Shown in pieces: positions 25,582-40,571 of a stretch of DNA of 64,000 bases (positions within the stretch are counted from its first letter, which is position 1; each line of letters opens with the position of its first letter). The notes beneath the pieces were generated by a model. That model had not been told where the DNA came from. It saw only the letters and a list, made by a program, of their open reading frames with translations, and searched no databases. Made by a program: the position numbers and the translations under genes. The stretch is from Selaginella moellendorffii. Its lineage: Eukaryota > Plantae > Lycopodiophyta. The stretch covers positions 552,161 through 616,160 of the forward strand of contig NW_003314340.1 in the NCBI RefSeq assembly GCF_000143415.4, in the 5' to 3' direction.

Positions 25582-28533
25582 TATAATCAGAAGCTCTCCA
25601 AATGCCCACAAATTCTCCTCCTTTCAATTCTTGCTCATTGTTGACAATCTCAGACTCAAGCAAGAACTGAATGAACCTCTCAATCTCCAGTACATGGAAC
25701 AAGTATAAGAAAGAAGAGAAATTATATACAAGAAGAATTCCTGTGGCTACTCTCTAAGAAATGCAGGTAGCCCGTATACATATACTCTTATATATGTATA
25801 TGATCATGATAAAAAAACACTGCAAGTTTTTCCTTTCACTGCTTCTGAAGAAGAAAGAATATGCTGGAAGAGCAAAGTGACAAAGTTTTCACACACAATC
25901 ACCCACTCATTGCTGGCTAGTTTTCATCCAGTAGAGAAATGGGACAATGGAAGAAGCTTGAGGGAGTAGCAATTGATCAGCAAAAAGAGTGAAGAAAAAT
26001 GGGTATCTAACTGGGAAATTGGGGTAGAATCAGCTTGACAATGGACTCCCCCCTACCACCCAGCACCTTCATATAAAGCTCCCCATCACACATCACCATC
26101 ACATTGTTCTTTTCTTGCTGTTCCTTCTTCTTGCTTTGAAATTCCTTGTTTTCCATGCCTTTTAAATATGGTTGCAGAAGTTCATCAGGGTGGAAAAAGA
26201 AAGAAAAGAATAAGTGCACAATAGAATGCAGCTGGCTATGGCTGGGGGATGTGGACTGGACCCCTCTTTGGAACTTCTTCTTAGTCTCTGTAAGCTTCTT
26301 GAGAAATTTGAGAAGGAAATGTGCTTTTATGTGTTGCTCGATCAGCTGCAATTGTTTCCTGCCAACACAGTCCTGCTTGCTGCTGCCGCTGCTACTGCTG
26401 TTCTGGCCTCAGAAATCATTTTCCATGAAGGGGTTTGAATGGTCATTGGTGACTTTTGCAACTCACTCTCCTAAAAAGCATCTCAGCTTGGCTTAGTATA
26501 AAATACCAGAAATACAGCTTATAATTACAACTTTAGCCACCATACCATGGACAATTATGTGCTGATAATGATAAGATGAGTACAAGAAAAAAAAGGTGGC
26601 TGGCACCACCACCATAACTGTCAATGAGGACCTTCCCTTTCCTTCTGTGGTGCTTTGTACAGTCTTAAGCTAACATCTGCTCAGATAGGAAGAAGTTAAA
26701 GGAAAGAACAAAAGGACCACTTGGCTTGGAGTAAGGCTAGCTAGCCTGCCCAGGAAAAGAAAAGGTGGTCAAACCATCTTCATATTGCTATTTGCTATTT
26801 CATTTCCCAAGTGATAATTCCACTAAAGTTTATATTTTTTAAAAAGAAAAAGCTTGTTCTTTGGCATGACTTGGGGGTTGAGGTTTCGTCATCCCATTTC
26901 GTAAGCGCTGTTGTGAGGGAATGGTTTTTAGATGCTTTTTGTCGAAAAATCCGAGCATTTTGTTTGGCAGGTGGCATTCGCATTTTCAAGTTTTCACTTG
27001 GGGCCAAGTTTTTCAGCAGACACGGCTACACACTCTCAGACACGGACACGCAGCAGGGGACAACCAAAACGTGGCATGTTTAAGAAAATGCTAAAAAGAA
27101 ATAAATTTCTCTTTCCCTTTCTCCAGTGCTCAAAATGTTGGTAGGGAGACAGCTTAATCAGTGTAATAAGAATTTGTCATTTGCGGAAAGAAAAATACAA
27201 AAATAAAAAATAACGAACAGAAGAATTTAAAAGCTTCCAAGTTCCGACTTTGTCTTGAGGAATGAATGAGGGGAAAAAAAAAAAAAAACAAGTCTAAATA
27301 ATTAAAATAAGATGGGCATGGCATGCTTGTGTTTGAGTTTCCATGTACCAAGAACAGCTTTCATTAAAACAGACCATGCCGAAGAAGATGCACGCCTCCA
27401 AATGGTGTCCTTGAAGCCCTCCTGCAAAGAGGACGGGCCCATGGAAACGCTTTGGGGGCCTTTGCATTATTGTATGGGATGCAGTCTCCAAGCCTTGCAA
27501 GCTTTTGGTTTTGTTATTTTATTTGAGGAAGGATCGTCTCTCTCTCTCTCTCATATACGTATTCTTTGTCTTGAGGGTTTCTCTTCCTTGAGGATGGATC
27601 AACGCAAGCAAATCGAGTCAAGGAGACATGATGCGCAGAGCTGGTGATCGATGCAGATTGTGAAAGAGAGAGGGAGACTCTTGCAGGGACAACGGCAAGT
27701 GGACTATCACGAAGATCTAGGAAACTGGGGCTCATAGATTTTTAATTCTCACTTGTTGGTGCTCAATGACTAGATTCATAAGAAATTCCTTTGCAATTCT
27801 TTTGCGCTGCTGGTTTGATCCATCACGAGGATGGAAAGTCTCGCCACCACCTTGTTGCAGTTGTGTAATAACTTCTACTTTGACTTTAGTTGACCGAGAA
27901 AGCTCATTCACTTAAATGGTGAAACTTATCCTTCTATAGCTTCCATGGCGTGTTATACAAAGACGTGATTTTGTTTGTGGAGTTTTCCAAACACCTGATC
28001 AAGAAACTCAGCACCTTTGCTTGAGAAACTTTTCCTAATGTTTGAGAAAACTTAGCTCGAGCATGAAAGCTTACTCTCCTCCTCTGGACACAAAACCTCA
28101 AGAGTTGAGTGCCGCGCAACAAAGAGAAACGTCTTGCCTGATAAATCTGTCAAGAACATCGAGAGAGCAGGAGCGAGCAGCTCAAATTCAGGGTATGTGC
28201 ATGAATGATACGTGCACATCACGAAGGAAGTAGCTTCCATTCCCTGCAATTCAATCGAAACACAACTTGTCAAGGTTTACAAAGCTTGTCCGGGCTGACT
28301 TACCTCTCGGCTTTCGATCCACGAAGTTCAACCGGTCACAACACCCAACCCCTGTTTCCTGCGTGGCTGGGACGATAACATCTTCCTCACACCAAGGAGT
28401 GTATCTCCTGGCTGTAGCATCCACAACACACCTATAACATCCAAAACAAGATCACTGTTTCTGTAAACATGTAACAAAAAGTCGTACCTCTTGTTTCTGT
28501 GGCCAAGTTTTGAGCAGATCTGGTACTCTTCAA

Positions 28534-29926
28534 ATGCCGCGAGTTCACGCTGCTGTGTTGCCATCCCGAGGTGCCGGACATGTCAACCCGATGCTCGAGC
28601 TATGCCGGCGAATTGTCCACTGCGGATTCAGTGTAAGCTTCCTGGTTCCGGAAAACTGTCCCTACATCCCCACCAGCGAGGAGCAGCAAGAGGGCGAGAG
28701 CTTTCACCTCGTGTTCTTCTCGATGCCGAAGGAAGAAATCCCCAACAACAACATGTTCATGTCCCCGGAGATGCTCCACTTCGTCAAGCCAGCGCTGGAA
28801 GCTCTAGAACCCCCGGCACAGGTGCTTATCTCGAGCGCATTCATGGGATGGTCCCAAGATCTGGCCGACTCTCTCGGCATTCCTCGAGTCGCCTTGTGGC
28901 CTTCCAACGCGGCCAACGAAGTCATTGCTACTTATCTCCCTCGACTCATCGTTGAAAGATACGTTCTTCCTGCCCAAGGTGAGCAAAAGTTAGCGAAGAA
29001 CACCATCGCTATAAGGAAACTTACGTTTTTTTTTTCCAGAAGATGGCGATTGCAAGGACGATGAGAAGCTCATCACTTTCATTCCCGGACTTCCACCACT
29101 CCGCCCGACCCAACTCCCGGTTTGCTACCAAAACGACTCGATCGACGCGCGTATGCAAGCAGCGGCTATAGCGCGGCTTCCACAGGCGGTTTGCGTTCTA
29201 GTCAACACGATCGAGGAGCTGGAAATAGAAGTGGTGAGAGCACGGCAGCAAACTCTACGTTCGTACCTTCCAGTCGGGCCTCTCATACGACAGAAGCCCA
29301 TCGTCAACCATCGCTACAAACGCGAGGCCGCAGCGTGCATGGAGTGGCTGGAGAAACAAGCTCCACACTCGGTGCTCTACATAGCGTTTGGCAGCGTCTT
29401 TGGCCTCGCGGTGGAAGAGGTCGCGAAGATCGCCGACGCTGTGGAAGAAACCAGTCAGCCAGTTCTATGGGCGATGCGAAGAAACTTTGCTACCAACGCA
29501 CCTGGAGGATTCTTCGAGGAGCTCGCGGCGAGGATCGCTGGAGGATGGCGAGGATTGCTCGTGGAATGGGCGCCACAGCAGCTCATACTGCCGCATTCTT
29601 CCGTGGGAGCGTTCCTCACGCACTGTGGATGGAATTCCACGCTCGAGGCGCTGGCGGCGGGCGTGCCGACGCTGTGCTGGCCGCTAGCGGCGGAGCAAAA
29701 CTGGAACGCAATGGTACTGACCGAGGAGTGGAAGATCGGGGTGAATGTGAGCGGCGGAGAGATCGCCGGCGCAATTAGAGCGGTGATGAGCGACGAGATC
29801 GGCAGCGGCATGAGAGCGCGAGCGAGATCGCTGCGAGAGAGCATCTGTGATGGCGGCAGCTCCGCGAGAAATCTCCATTCCTTCGCGCTAGCCCTAAAGG
29901 CAGAGCGTGAGAATGAAAAACCCTAG
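28534..29926 (+). CDS. UDP-glycosyltransferase (GT1, PSPG box), one intron 28979-29039
   Basis: GAGHVNP, LITFIPGLPPL, SVLYIAFGS and the PSPG box WAPQQLILPHSSVGAFLTHCGWNSTLEALAAGVPTLCWPLAAEQ. Confidence 0.93.
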
Positions 29927-29946
29927 AACTTTTAAAATTTTAGGGC

Positions 29947-31763
29947 ATGGGGAGCTCGTCGCGTGCCGCTTGTTCTTCGCCCTCGGCGGTGCGCTACCTG
30001 GGCGTCGTCGTTGCCAGCGTCTTGTGTAAGAAGGATCCTCCATTCATTGGCCAGATCTTAGCTTCTGGAGCTCGCAGGCACGAGATTGTTCTTGTTCGAG
30101 GCTCGCGATCGCTGCGAGACGAGCAGTGAGGCAAGAAGGAAGAATGTAGGCGAATTTGAGTGGCCGGAGCTCGGCTATGGATCGCATCTGGCTCTACGCA
30201 TCTATGTCTACCAGGAATCGGAAGTTCCAGGGCTGAAAGAACTCCTTTCCGGCCGTGACAACAAGATTTCTCCGGAAGATTGTCTCAAAGGTCAATATGG
30301 AACACAGGTATGGAAAGAAAAAAGGAAGAACACTACATCCATTTTTTTTCCTCTCTTGTTCTAGAATAAAAGCTTGCTTTTACTCTTTCCAGGTGAAAAT
30401 CCACAAGCTTTTGCTGGAGTCGAGGTATAGGACTCTCGACAAAGACGACGCGGATTTTTTCTTTGTTCCTACGTATGTGAAGTGCGTGCGAATGAAGGGT
30501 GGTTTGAGTGACAAAGAGATTGATTTCAAGTTCATACAGGCAGGTACTATACTTCTCTTTTTCTTCTCCGGATTTCGAGAGAGAACTTGACTTGACAAGA
30601 CAATTTTTTGTTCCAGATTGTTACTCAAATGCCATACTTTCGCCGCTCCGGTGGTCGGGATCACGTCTTTGTATTTCCCAGGTGACTAAGAGTTTCTTTT
30701 TGACGGGAGTTTTGGATTTCTTTCTTGTTTGACAGTGGAATTGGAGCTCACATTTTCAAGCACTGGCCAGTCTACCTGAATCGATCTATCTTTCTCACTC
30801 CAGAAGTACGTGACGTGCCGATCTCCTTTTCCTTTTCTGGTCTAGGAGAGCTTACTTACAACAACTTCTTCAAAGACAGGGTGATAGAACGGATAAGCGC
30901 GAAACGAGTGCTTTCAACACTTGGAAAGACGTGATTATCCCAGGCAACATCGACAACGACATACTTCTCCAAGGCTCGGCCATACAGCAGTTTATCAAGC
31001 CGCTACCTCTGGCCAAGAGGAACTACCTCGCTAACTACTTTGGACGTGCACAGAACAAAACTGGACGCCTCAAGCTTTTGAAGCTCGCGAAATTGTACCC
31101 CGACGAGGTAGGCCTCTCTCCATAAGATGGTTTCTCATTCCACTCCTTCTCTTTCAGCTAGAGGCGCCGGACTTAACATTCTCAGCCTCATCCAAGCTCG
31201 AGCGAAAGGAATACTTCCGCCACCTTCGCAATGCCAAGTTTTGCTTGTCACCGCGTGGAGAGTCGTCATGGACGCTGCGCTTCTTCGAGTCCTTTTTTGT
31301 GGTGCGTTTCGGTTTAGTATCTTCTAAAGCGACCTGATCTTCTGGGATTCTTTCTATTCAAAAACCAGGAGTGCGTTCCAGTGATTCTCTCCGACAGAAT
31401 CGAGCTCCCTTTCCAGAACGTCCTGGACTACAGGAAATTCTCGATCAAGTGGCCGAGCAGCCGAACCGACGAGCAGCTCCTGGACTATCTTCGCTCCATT
31501 CCAGGTAGATAGAAAGTTTCCAGGTGATCTCTCGCTATACAAAAGAAAGTTCTTTTTCAGACTATGAGATCGAGGCGATGATCTCTCGCGGCCGGAGCGT
31601 CCGGTGCCTGTGGCTCTACGTTGGAGAGTCGCACGCTTGCTCGGCAATGACGGGAATCTTGTGGGAACTCCAACGCAAGTCCAGGCGTTTTCATCAATCG
31701 CAAGACACGTTTTGGCTTCACAACCAAACTCTAGTGGACGAGGATCTCAATGCGATCAAGTAA
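29947..31763 (+). CDS. Exostosin-family glycosyltransferase (GT47), multi-exon
   Basis: [24 protein letters not shown]|[61 protein letters not shown]. Confidence 0.9.
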
Positions 31764-32535
31764 CATACAGAAAAATAGAGTAAGAACTGAAAAAAGATTA
31801 GAAAACTTGACCCAACTAAGAATCCAGCTACCCTTCCGGTCAGCTCATTCGCATCAGATTAAAAGGTTTTTTAAGTTTTCTCAATCTTTCATGGTGTACC
31901 ACTGTTTGTTTGTTGATCACAGCGTGTTTGAATTGATCGGGTCCCTATATGGTCTGGGAACTAGCTTCCAAACGTCAATAAACGTGGTCCGGTAAACTTT
32001 GACTTTCTCTTTGTTTGGAGCGTTGACCCGGCGCTGAATATGTTTGACCGGTTTCGTTTCGGGTAGCCTGACCGATCGGTGAGCGTGTGTTTGGTAGAGC
32101 CAACTTTTTAATTATTTTCTCTCGCTTGGTTGGATTGCTAAATTGTCATTTTTCTTTTTTCTTTTGCATTTCTAGTAATTGTTTTTTGTTTTTTTCATGT
32201 TTACTTTTCTTCATTTGTTTTTTCGTTTTCGGTTTTTTAGCTTTGATTGCCACGTTTCGCCATACCTTCTCACTCCGACTTGTGAATGTCTGTGTTGTCC
32301 TCGTCAGCGTTTGTGTGCTCCTTCACTGCCACTATTAAAGGCGGCTTCTTTTGCTAGTTTCCTCCAGCAGCGGTCTTTCGTTGTTTCTCCCATTCACCCC
32401 CATTTTCGCGAGTCTTCTCCAGTCCATCTCTTCTCTTCGAGTCGAGAAGCCGCTCGCTCAAGGTGGGAAGAAAGCCAGATTGCACTGATCGATTCCCCAA
32501 TCGCTAAAGCTCTCTGCTGTTCGAATTCCAGAAGG

Positions 32536-33649
<1,114 letters not shown>

Positions 33650-34174
33650 GTATAGCCAGAACTGAGATTTAAGAGAATGATGAAACTGTATAGTCGTAGT
33701 AAGGAAAATTACCGGGGTCTCGAGGAAAAATCCAGACAACGCGGAAGAGTGCTCTGGAATCGATAAAGACTGATTCTTTTTTAGTAATCAATCAAAGTGT
33801 TCAGGGAATCTATGTACCTTGGTTGAAAGGTCGAATTCTGGGTGGGGTAATAGCTTTTCTCTGATATTCCTGAGAAACTTGGACCCCACCGTCTGCTAGT
33901 GCTTGCTTCTCGTCCACTCTACGCTTTCCGAAGTTGAGGATATGATCGTTCCCTCGACGGGGTTGTTCCAACGACCCCCGCTCACGAGTTACAATTAAAG
34001 AAATTGTCTTTCAGAGTGACTTTCGTGCGCACGATATATAGCATACGTATGCTGAGAAAAACAAGAAGTCACGTAAGGAAAGAGACCGAACAGAAAGGCA
34101 GCTTACTTGTAACAAAGCTATTTCACAAACAGCTCGGCCGGCAGAAGAATGTGATGCCAGCTGACGTCTGCTGG

Positions 34175-35930
34175 CTATGCGCTGGATGTGAAGTTACTCA
34201 TCCAGAGGCGTCCGATAGTCCTTGGCTCGAAATCCACAGGCAGATCCCAATCTTCCACCCCACTTCTTTCCCAGTGCAAGTTCACGTCCTTCACAGTAAC
34301 TTCATGTACGTGCTTCATGAAAACGCCGGCAGTTCGATGATGTACGAGGCCTTGACAACCTGGTCTATAATCGTGGAGGCCGCCCGGGTAGTCCGTGATC
34401 CTGCCCAGCCTCACAGAAACATTAGAAAGCTCCAATCTATTCAGCACTCCTCCGTCCGAGCCGGCCAAGAAAATACCATTTTCTGCTGAAGAGGAAATGT
34501 TGATAAACCTGACGCTGTCGATCGTGCCCACACTCGTTGAGAGGTTCCGAGGACAAGCTGTGACATAGATTGGTTCTGCTCTTCCCCACCATAAAGGGTC
34601 GTACAAGCGAGTGCTTAGTACAATATTGGAGAATGTTACATTGAAAATATTCCCTGCAATGAGAGCTAAAAGGTGAGGATGAGGATAACGTTTTTTAAAA
34701 GCCGTACCTTTGTCACGTAACTGTACTCCAAGTCCTCTGTGAGACTCCACGATAGTGATGCTGTCGAAGTAAAGACCATCAAGATCATGGTCAGTTTCGC
34801 TGCCGATCTTCACCGCGCAAGATTTGCTTCTGATCCAGGAGTTCGTCACGCTTACATTAGATACTGGTCCCGCGATGCTCTTGACAACAATTCCATCGTC
34901 GGCGGTGTCCAAGCGGCAGTTTGTGATGTACGTGTTGTTGGAACCATCTATGTCGATGCCATCGTTGTTGGGCGTGTTAAAATCTCCATACATGGTGATA
35001 TTATGGATGTAAATCCCGCTCGAGTTGGCAACATGGAGGCTGAGACAATCACGAGACAATCAAAGAATTTAGTAAAAGCCAGTTTTATCAAAAACTAAAA
35101 AGAATCAAACTATGGACGACAGCATGAAAGCTTATCAAACTAGAAAATACCAGTGTTATCAAACACTAGAAAGAATCAACCATGGAAGAAAGCATGAAAG
35201 CTGATCAAACTAGAAAATACCAGTTCTCTACAAGGAATCAAACCATGGAAGAAAAAAATTACCAGTCTATATACTCTAGAAAGAATTAAACCATGGAAGA
35301 AAGCATGAAAGTGTATCAAAGTAGAGCATACCTCCAGTACGCTGGCTGCCTTAGATGGATGTTCCACACGCGAACGTTCTCGCAATTCACGAATCCTAGC
35401 AAGCGAGGCCGGCATTCATCGCCAATGCACGCACCCGTCGTGTTCCAGCTGACCATAACGTTCTTGCGCGACCAAAACCTGGAAACAAACTCGAGCCCCC
35501 GGCCATCGATGATTCCCCCGCCTGTGACGCTCACATTCACGGCATTCTCGGCCGCTAGAACATACCAGCGCGACCTCTCGCGCGGATAATCCTCCTGCCG
35601 GGAGCTGCCAAGGATAATCGCTCCGGGATCGATGACCACAGCCATATTGGAGGCGAGGAACAAAGCTCCGGTGAGATATTTCCCTGGAGGAAAATGCAGG
35701 CTCGACGCGCGCGCCTTCCAGGCGCAGTAGTCGATCGCCGACTGGATCGCCGACGTATCGATCGTCTTTCCATCCGCCACGGCGCCGAAATCCAGCACAT
35801 TGCACACCCACCTATGGCGATGATCGAAAAGAAGAGGGAAGTTCCTGGCGCTGCTACTAGAGATCGCGCATTGAGATTGAGACGAGAGAAAGATCGCCGC
35901 GAAGAGGAGCACAATACGAGAAATCCCCAT
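34175..35930 (-). CDS. Glycoside hydrolase family 28 (polygalacturonase-like)
   Basis: Signal peptide, DFGAVADGKTIDT, FPPGKYLTG, GGGIIDGRG, PNNDGIDID, TADD, VKIGSET. Confidence 0.92.
35075..35330. repeat. Degenerate minisatellite inside GH28 intron 1
   Basis: About four imperfect copies of aagaatcaaaccatggaagaaagcatgaaag..atcaaactagaaaataccag. The intron (35040-35331) is 292 nt. Confidence 0.8.
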
Positions 35931-35987
35931 ACCCTAAAACAGAGTGGATAAACCCTAGAAACCTAGTATGGACATACCATGACTAAT

Positions 35988-36059
35988 GGTCCCATAGTCT
36001 AGTGGTTACGACATTGGACTTTGAATCCAAGAGCCCGAGTTCGAATCTCGGTGGGACCT
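35988..36059 (+). tRNA. trnQ-UUG: tRNA-Gln (anticodon UUG)
   Basis: GGTCCCA/TGGGACC acceptor stem, TAGTGG D-loop, TTGGA-CTTTGAA-TCCAA anticodon arm, GTTCGAATC T-loop; 72 nt long with T-runs downstream. Confidence 0.95.
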
Positions 36060-36368
36060 CTAACTAAGACATCCCTCCAAAATTTTAGTGTCTTATATAA
36101 ATCTTTGCTTCTTTTTTACAAAACAAAACTCCGCTCTTCTCTTCTCTCCTCTCCCTTTCTCCACTCAAAAAAAAAAAAAAAGGCTTGCTTTGGTAGTCTC
36201 TCCTTATTCAAACATCTCTCTCGCTGTCTCTCTCTTTTTTTTCTTTGCGTAAAGCTGCTAAAAAAACGTAAACGAGTGGGAGGTGGAAGCACAAAAACCA
36301 GGCCTTTTTTCACTCCAGACCCCGCAGAATAAAGATCAATGTGGAAACCTGTGATTTGCCGTGATTTG

Positions 36369-39300
36369 TCACAAGCCGTACCTTCTTTTAAGCTTTTCTT
36401 GGGTGCCAGGATCGAGGTAACTGAAGTACTGCTCCCAGGATCCACCAAGCATCTGCGTTCGAGTTTGTGTGTCAGGCATCATCGCCACAGTTACAAGAGT
36501 TTTCTCCAATCAAACCTGCTTGAATCCGTGTAGAACTTGTGTTATCTCGGAGCGTAGCTCGGCACTTCGAATTTCCTGTTCATTGAAGTTAGCACTAGAG
36601 CATGCTGCACTGAAACACGAGACTTACATGCCAGCTACCGATGGCTTCGCATATAGACCCAAAGTATTTTGCAGCACCCCCGGGATTCAGCCTTACCTGG
36701 AAATAAAGACAACAAAACATCATATGAGAACTCATTAGAAAGCCAAAAAGGAAAAAAAATGTTACCATTGCACAAAGTCCTCGGAAAGCGTCCTCTTTTT
36801 CAATATCGTCGCGGACCCTGTGTCACAAACATCATGAGCGCGTGAAGATCGCATTGCAACTCAAAGCATACATGGCTAACGATTGGCACCAAATCTTCAT
36901 AAAGTGATCAATGTGTGGAGCAACGAGCTCGGGACAAACCCAACCCAGTCTTCCAAGGGTAATCGCACTGTTCTCCAGCATCGATTTGTTGACGTTCTGG
37001 TAACACAAGCTTCCAGCTAGAACCCAAGCCCACAAAGAGAATGAAGTGGAGGTACCTCAACACTCGAAAGTATGGGCACCAGGCAACTGATGACACCCAT
37101 CACAATAGGAGCAATCTCTTTTCCAACCTGCAAAAGAACATTTGACGTGAAATCTAATTCATGATGATATATAGTCGTTACCTTGATTGCAATTTCGCCT
37201 ATCGCCCAGCACGCATTGTTAGACACAGAAACATGTTCAACGTCCTGCTTTAAAACAAGTCAAAGTATTTCTCATATGCAGCCGAAAGATTGAATACCAG
37301 TTGCCTTGCTGCAAGACTGAGGAAATCACCCATCCTCGGTTGGAGGTGACCAGCACAAGCCTGCCAAAAATCATTAGTATCAGAATCGATTACTCTTTAG
37401 CACACCTTTGCAAGATCTCCCAAAAGCGCAAGTGCACTTTGACGAACTTCTGGTGCTTCGTCGCCGCAGCAATAAAACAAGAGATCTCTGAGATCACTTC
37501 TCACAACCTATGACCACAACAGACATCAGAATGTATGCAAATTTATTACATAAACATACCAAGCTCTCCATGTTGCTTCCCAGACCTTCAGCTAAACCAG
37601 AAAGTAGATCGAGTGAGCACACAATGAATTCCTTGTCATATTGCACACCGGCCCTTCCAGGATCCGCCTGCAAAAACGCATGTTAAACAAAATCAAAACC
37701 GTAAAAGCTCACCTTCGCAACTTCCTGCGTGCGAATAACTCGAATACATCTGGCAAAAATCGGTTCTGCGTACTGCGCAAATCCAGAGCCTAATGCCTAC
37801 GTCAATGTGAAAATTTAGGCCAATAACGACGATAACCAAAGAAAAAAACATACCTGTGCGATGGACGTAAAACATTCTAGAAGTGGAAATAGATCTTTGT
37901 CATTGTCGGCGAGCTGTTGCCATTTTGCTATCAATGGTGGCATCAGTATATTGAGATACTTGGGCTGAAAAGGTTGTAGATTTTGTAAGTGTTAGAAAAA
38001 CTGGGAAGCAAACCTCATTAAGGTCTCCACCCACTGCATCTGCTAGCGTTCCGATGGCATCGTACAAAATTCGTAGGTTACGGCGCTGTAAAATTTGTAT
38101 CATTAGTGATTGGAGACATAAGATAGTATACCTGGTATTTACTAAAAGCAAACATAAGATGTTGTAGAATGACTTCAAGATGATGTTGAAGAATAACTTC
38201 TTCTGCCGCTTCCTGAAGTGCGTGGAAGTTAAGTTCGATCAGTAACAAAGAAGCTTACTTCTTCAAGCGTAGCAAACGCGGAGCAGGCTGCTTCTTGTAC
38301 TTGTTTGTTGGTGCCAATGACTTGTCGAAGTAGTCCCGTTAAAACACTATCGAACTGTTGGAGACCATTTGTTTCACTTGCTGCCTGGACTATCCATTTG
38401 CTATAACGAGACAGTGTCCAACAGGTGATCCCTCTGACCAAAGGATGCTTGTCTTCCAGAAGTGGTGTAAGGAATGCAATCATCTAATATAAAAATGTAA
38501 GAATTAATAGAAGCCAGACAAGGTAAGTTACCTGAGGAAGGTGTGGAAGGAGACCATTTATACAGCCTTGAGCAACAGCTCCTAGAGCCAAAACTGCTGC
38601 CTCGCGATCTTTCCATTTATCATCCGACGAATTCGATAGTCTTGCCTGACATGCAAAAGAAACAAGCAATGCATTCATGCTCTAGAACTTATGCATTTAC
38701 CTCTACTAGGGGCATGAGGAGAGGTAAAATATCGTCGCCAAATAATGTCGATAGAGTGTCCAGTCCAGCCGCACTGCACTTACGCAAATTCCACGAACTT
38801 ATAATTTCATCCGTGTCCTACAAAAAAGTGATCGCAATTAAATAAATTTAAAGAACAGAATGCTTCATCAGAGCTACCTCATCATCATCAGTTTCATTTC
38901 CATGAACTCGTGATTGATGAAATCTAGGCTTTAAGTTCTGCAATCCAAAAAAATAAACATTATATATTCCAACCTCAAATCCACTACCTGCTCCGAGTCG
39001 GGTACGCTTTCATCGTCCTGAAAGAAAGAGCAAGTTAGATAAAATAAATGGAAGTGCAAAATACCTGAGAGTCGAGCAGAGCTTCATCATCATCTGCGTA
39101 TATCATGTTTGTTAGAAGAACCTGGAAAAAACTATCAGCAAAACCACAAATTTCTAATGAAAATCCAGCATACTCCAATTAGTCGAGGTAGGGCGTCTCT
39201 TAAAAGTTCCAAAGGTAGCTGTGCTTCACAAAATGCCGTCCTACGAAAAACAGCACCTCAGGTATCTCACGAAAGCCATGCAGCAGCGTACCAGAACTCA

Positions 39301-40571
39301 CATGACCCTAGCGCTACTTCTGGATCTGGATCATTGTTTGCTTGTAACATATATTCAATTACACTTTTCATGTGAGGCTGCCAACAAATATTAGCATACA
39401 CAACTTAACAGAGTCAACAATTCTTACCCGGAGAATTTCTGCATCCATCTCCAACAACCGAACGAGCGCCGCACACACCTTGCATGTAAAACTGAAATTA
39501 TCACTCACTGTTTCAATATCACAAGCAAACGGAACTACTAACCAATTTCCTCACTTCAGGCGCAGGATCGTTGGAAAGCGTAAAAAGACCTTGAAGGTAG
39601 TTATCCATGTTAACAAAGAGTGCCTGAAACAGCTCAGCGTATGATCAGAAAGAAGAAGAAAACATAACCTCGCTTCTTACCTGGGGCATGAAATTAATAA
39701 ATTGGTTCACCGCGCCCAGCGCAAGCTTTCTTAGCGTTACGTGAGACGACGAGAAGAACTTCAGCAGCCGCGGAATAAACACATCAGATGGTTTCTGTGC
39801 TAGTCCTGGGACAACTTGGTCTAGTTGATCGGCGGCATCCTCACAAATCTAAGAGAAAACAGACAAAGAGAACAATGACATTGGCAGTGGCAGCTTAGAA
39901 GTACCTTAGACAATGCGTCAAGCGCTCCTTCCATATGGTTATAGTCGTTGCTCTCGAGGCACTCTAGAATCCCTTGGAACAACTCGGGCCACGTCTGGAG
40001 CTGGCCTTCCTGGATGATCACACTCACGACGGTCCCGACGGTGGCACGTAGTTCCCTGTTTGGAGATCCAAGTCGAGGAAGAAGCTCCGACTTGATATAT
40101 TGCTGGTAGACGCCAGGGAGACGCTTGTAGGACGATTTTAAGTTGTTTTTCAGTAGCAATCCAGCGCTCTGTCGGACTACCACTGATTGTCCCTGGGAAG
40201 AAAAAAAAAGAAAGAAAATGGCGATGAGCACAGCACACAGACTCGAGCTTAGAAGTTTTAGGGCACAAAGAATTCACTCGGCATTTCGGGAGGAGCTATA
40301 GAGATCGCTAGAAGAGCAAAACCAAGCCATTGCCTAGCAATGCGCAGAATCGAAGCAAAGAGTCATGCAAAAAAGAGGATTGGAGCGCGCTTACCTCGCT
40401 GCGGCAGAGGATGAAGACGAGATAATTGTTGAAATCCGGGACCTGGCTGCAGCGCTGGAGCTGCTCGAAAATCCGCGCCTGGTCGGCGTTGGGCCGCTTG
40501 CCCTCCTGGAGCAGCGCGCAGATTTCGTTGACGCCCTCCTCCCGCGGCTGCCATGGCGATCTTTGATCCAT
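36369..40571 (-). CDS. TRN1: Transportin-1 (importin beta-2), more than 20 exons
   Basis: [94 protein letters not shown], ending KRRYGL*. Confidence 0.95.

Noticed and set aside
27520-27700. CT/GA-rich arms suggesting a miRNA hairpin
   Set aside because: Pairing is limited to simple repeats, and no conserved mature miRNA was recognised.
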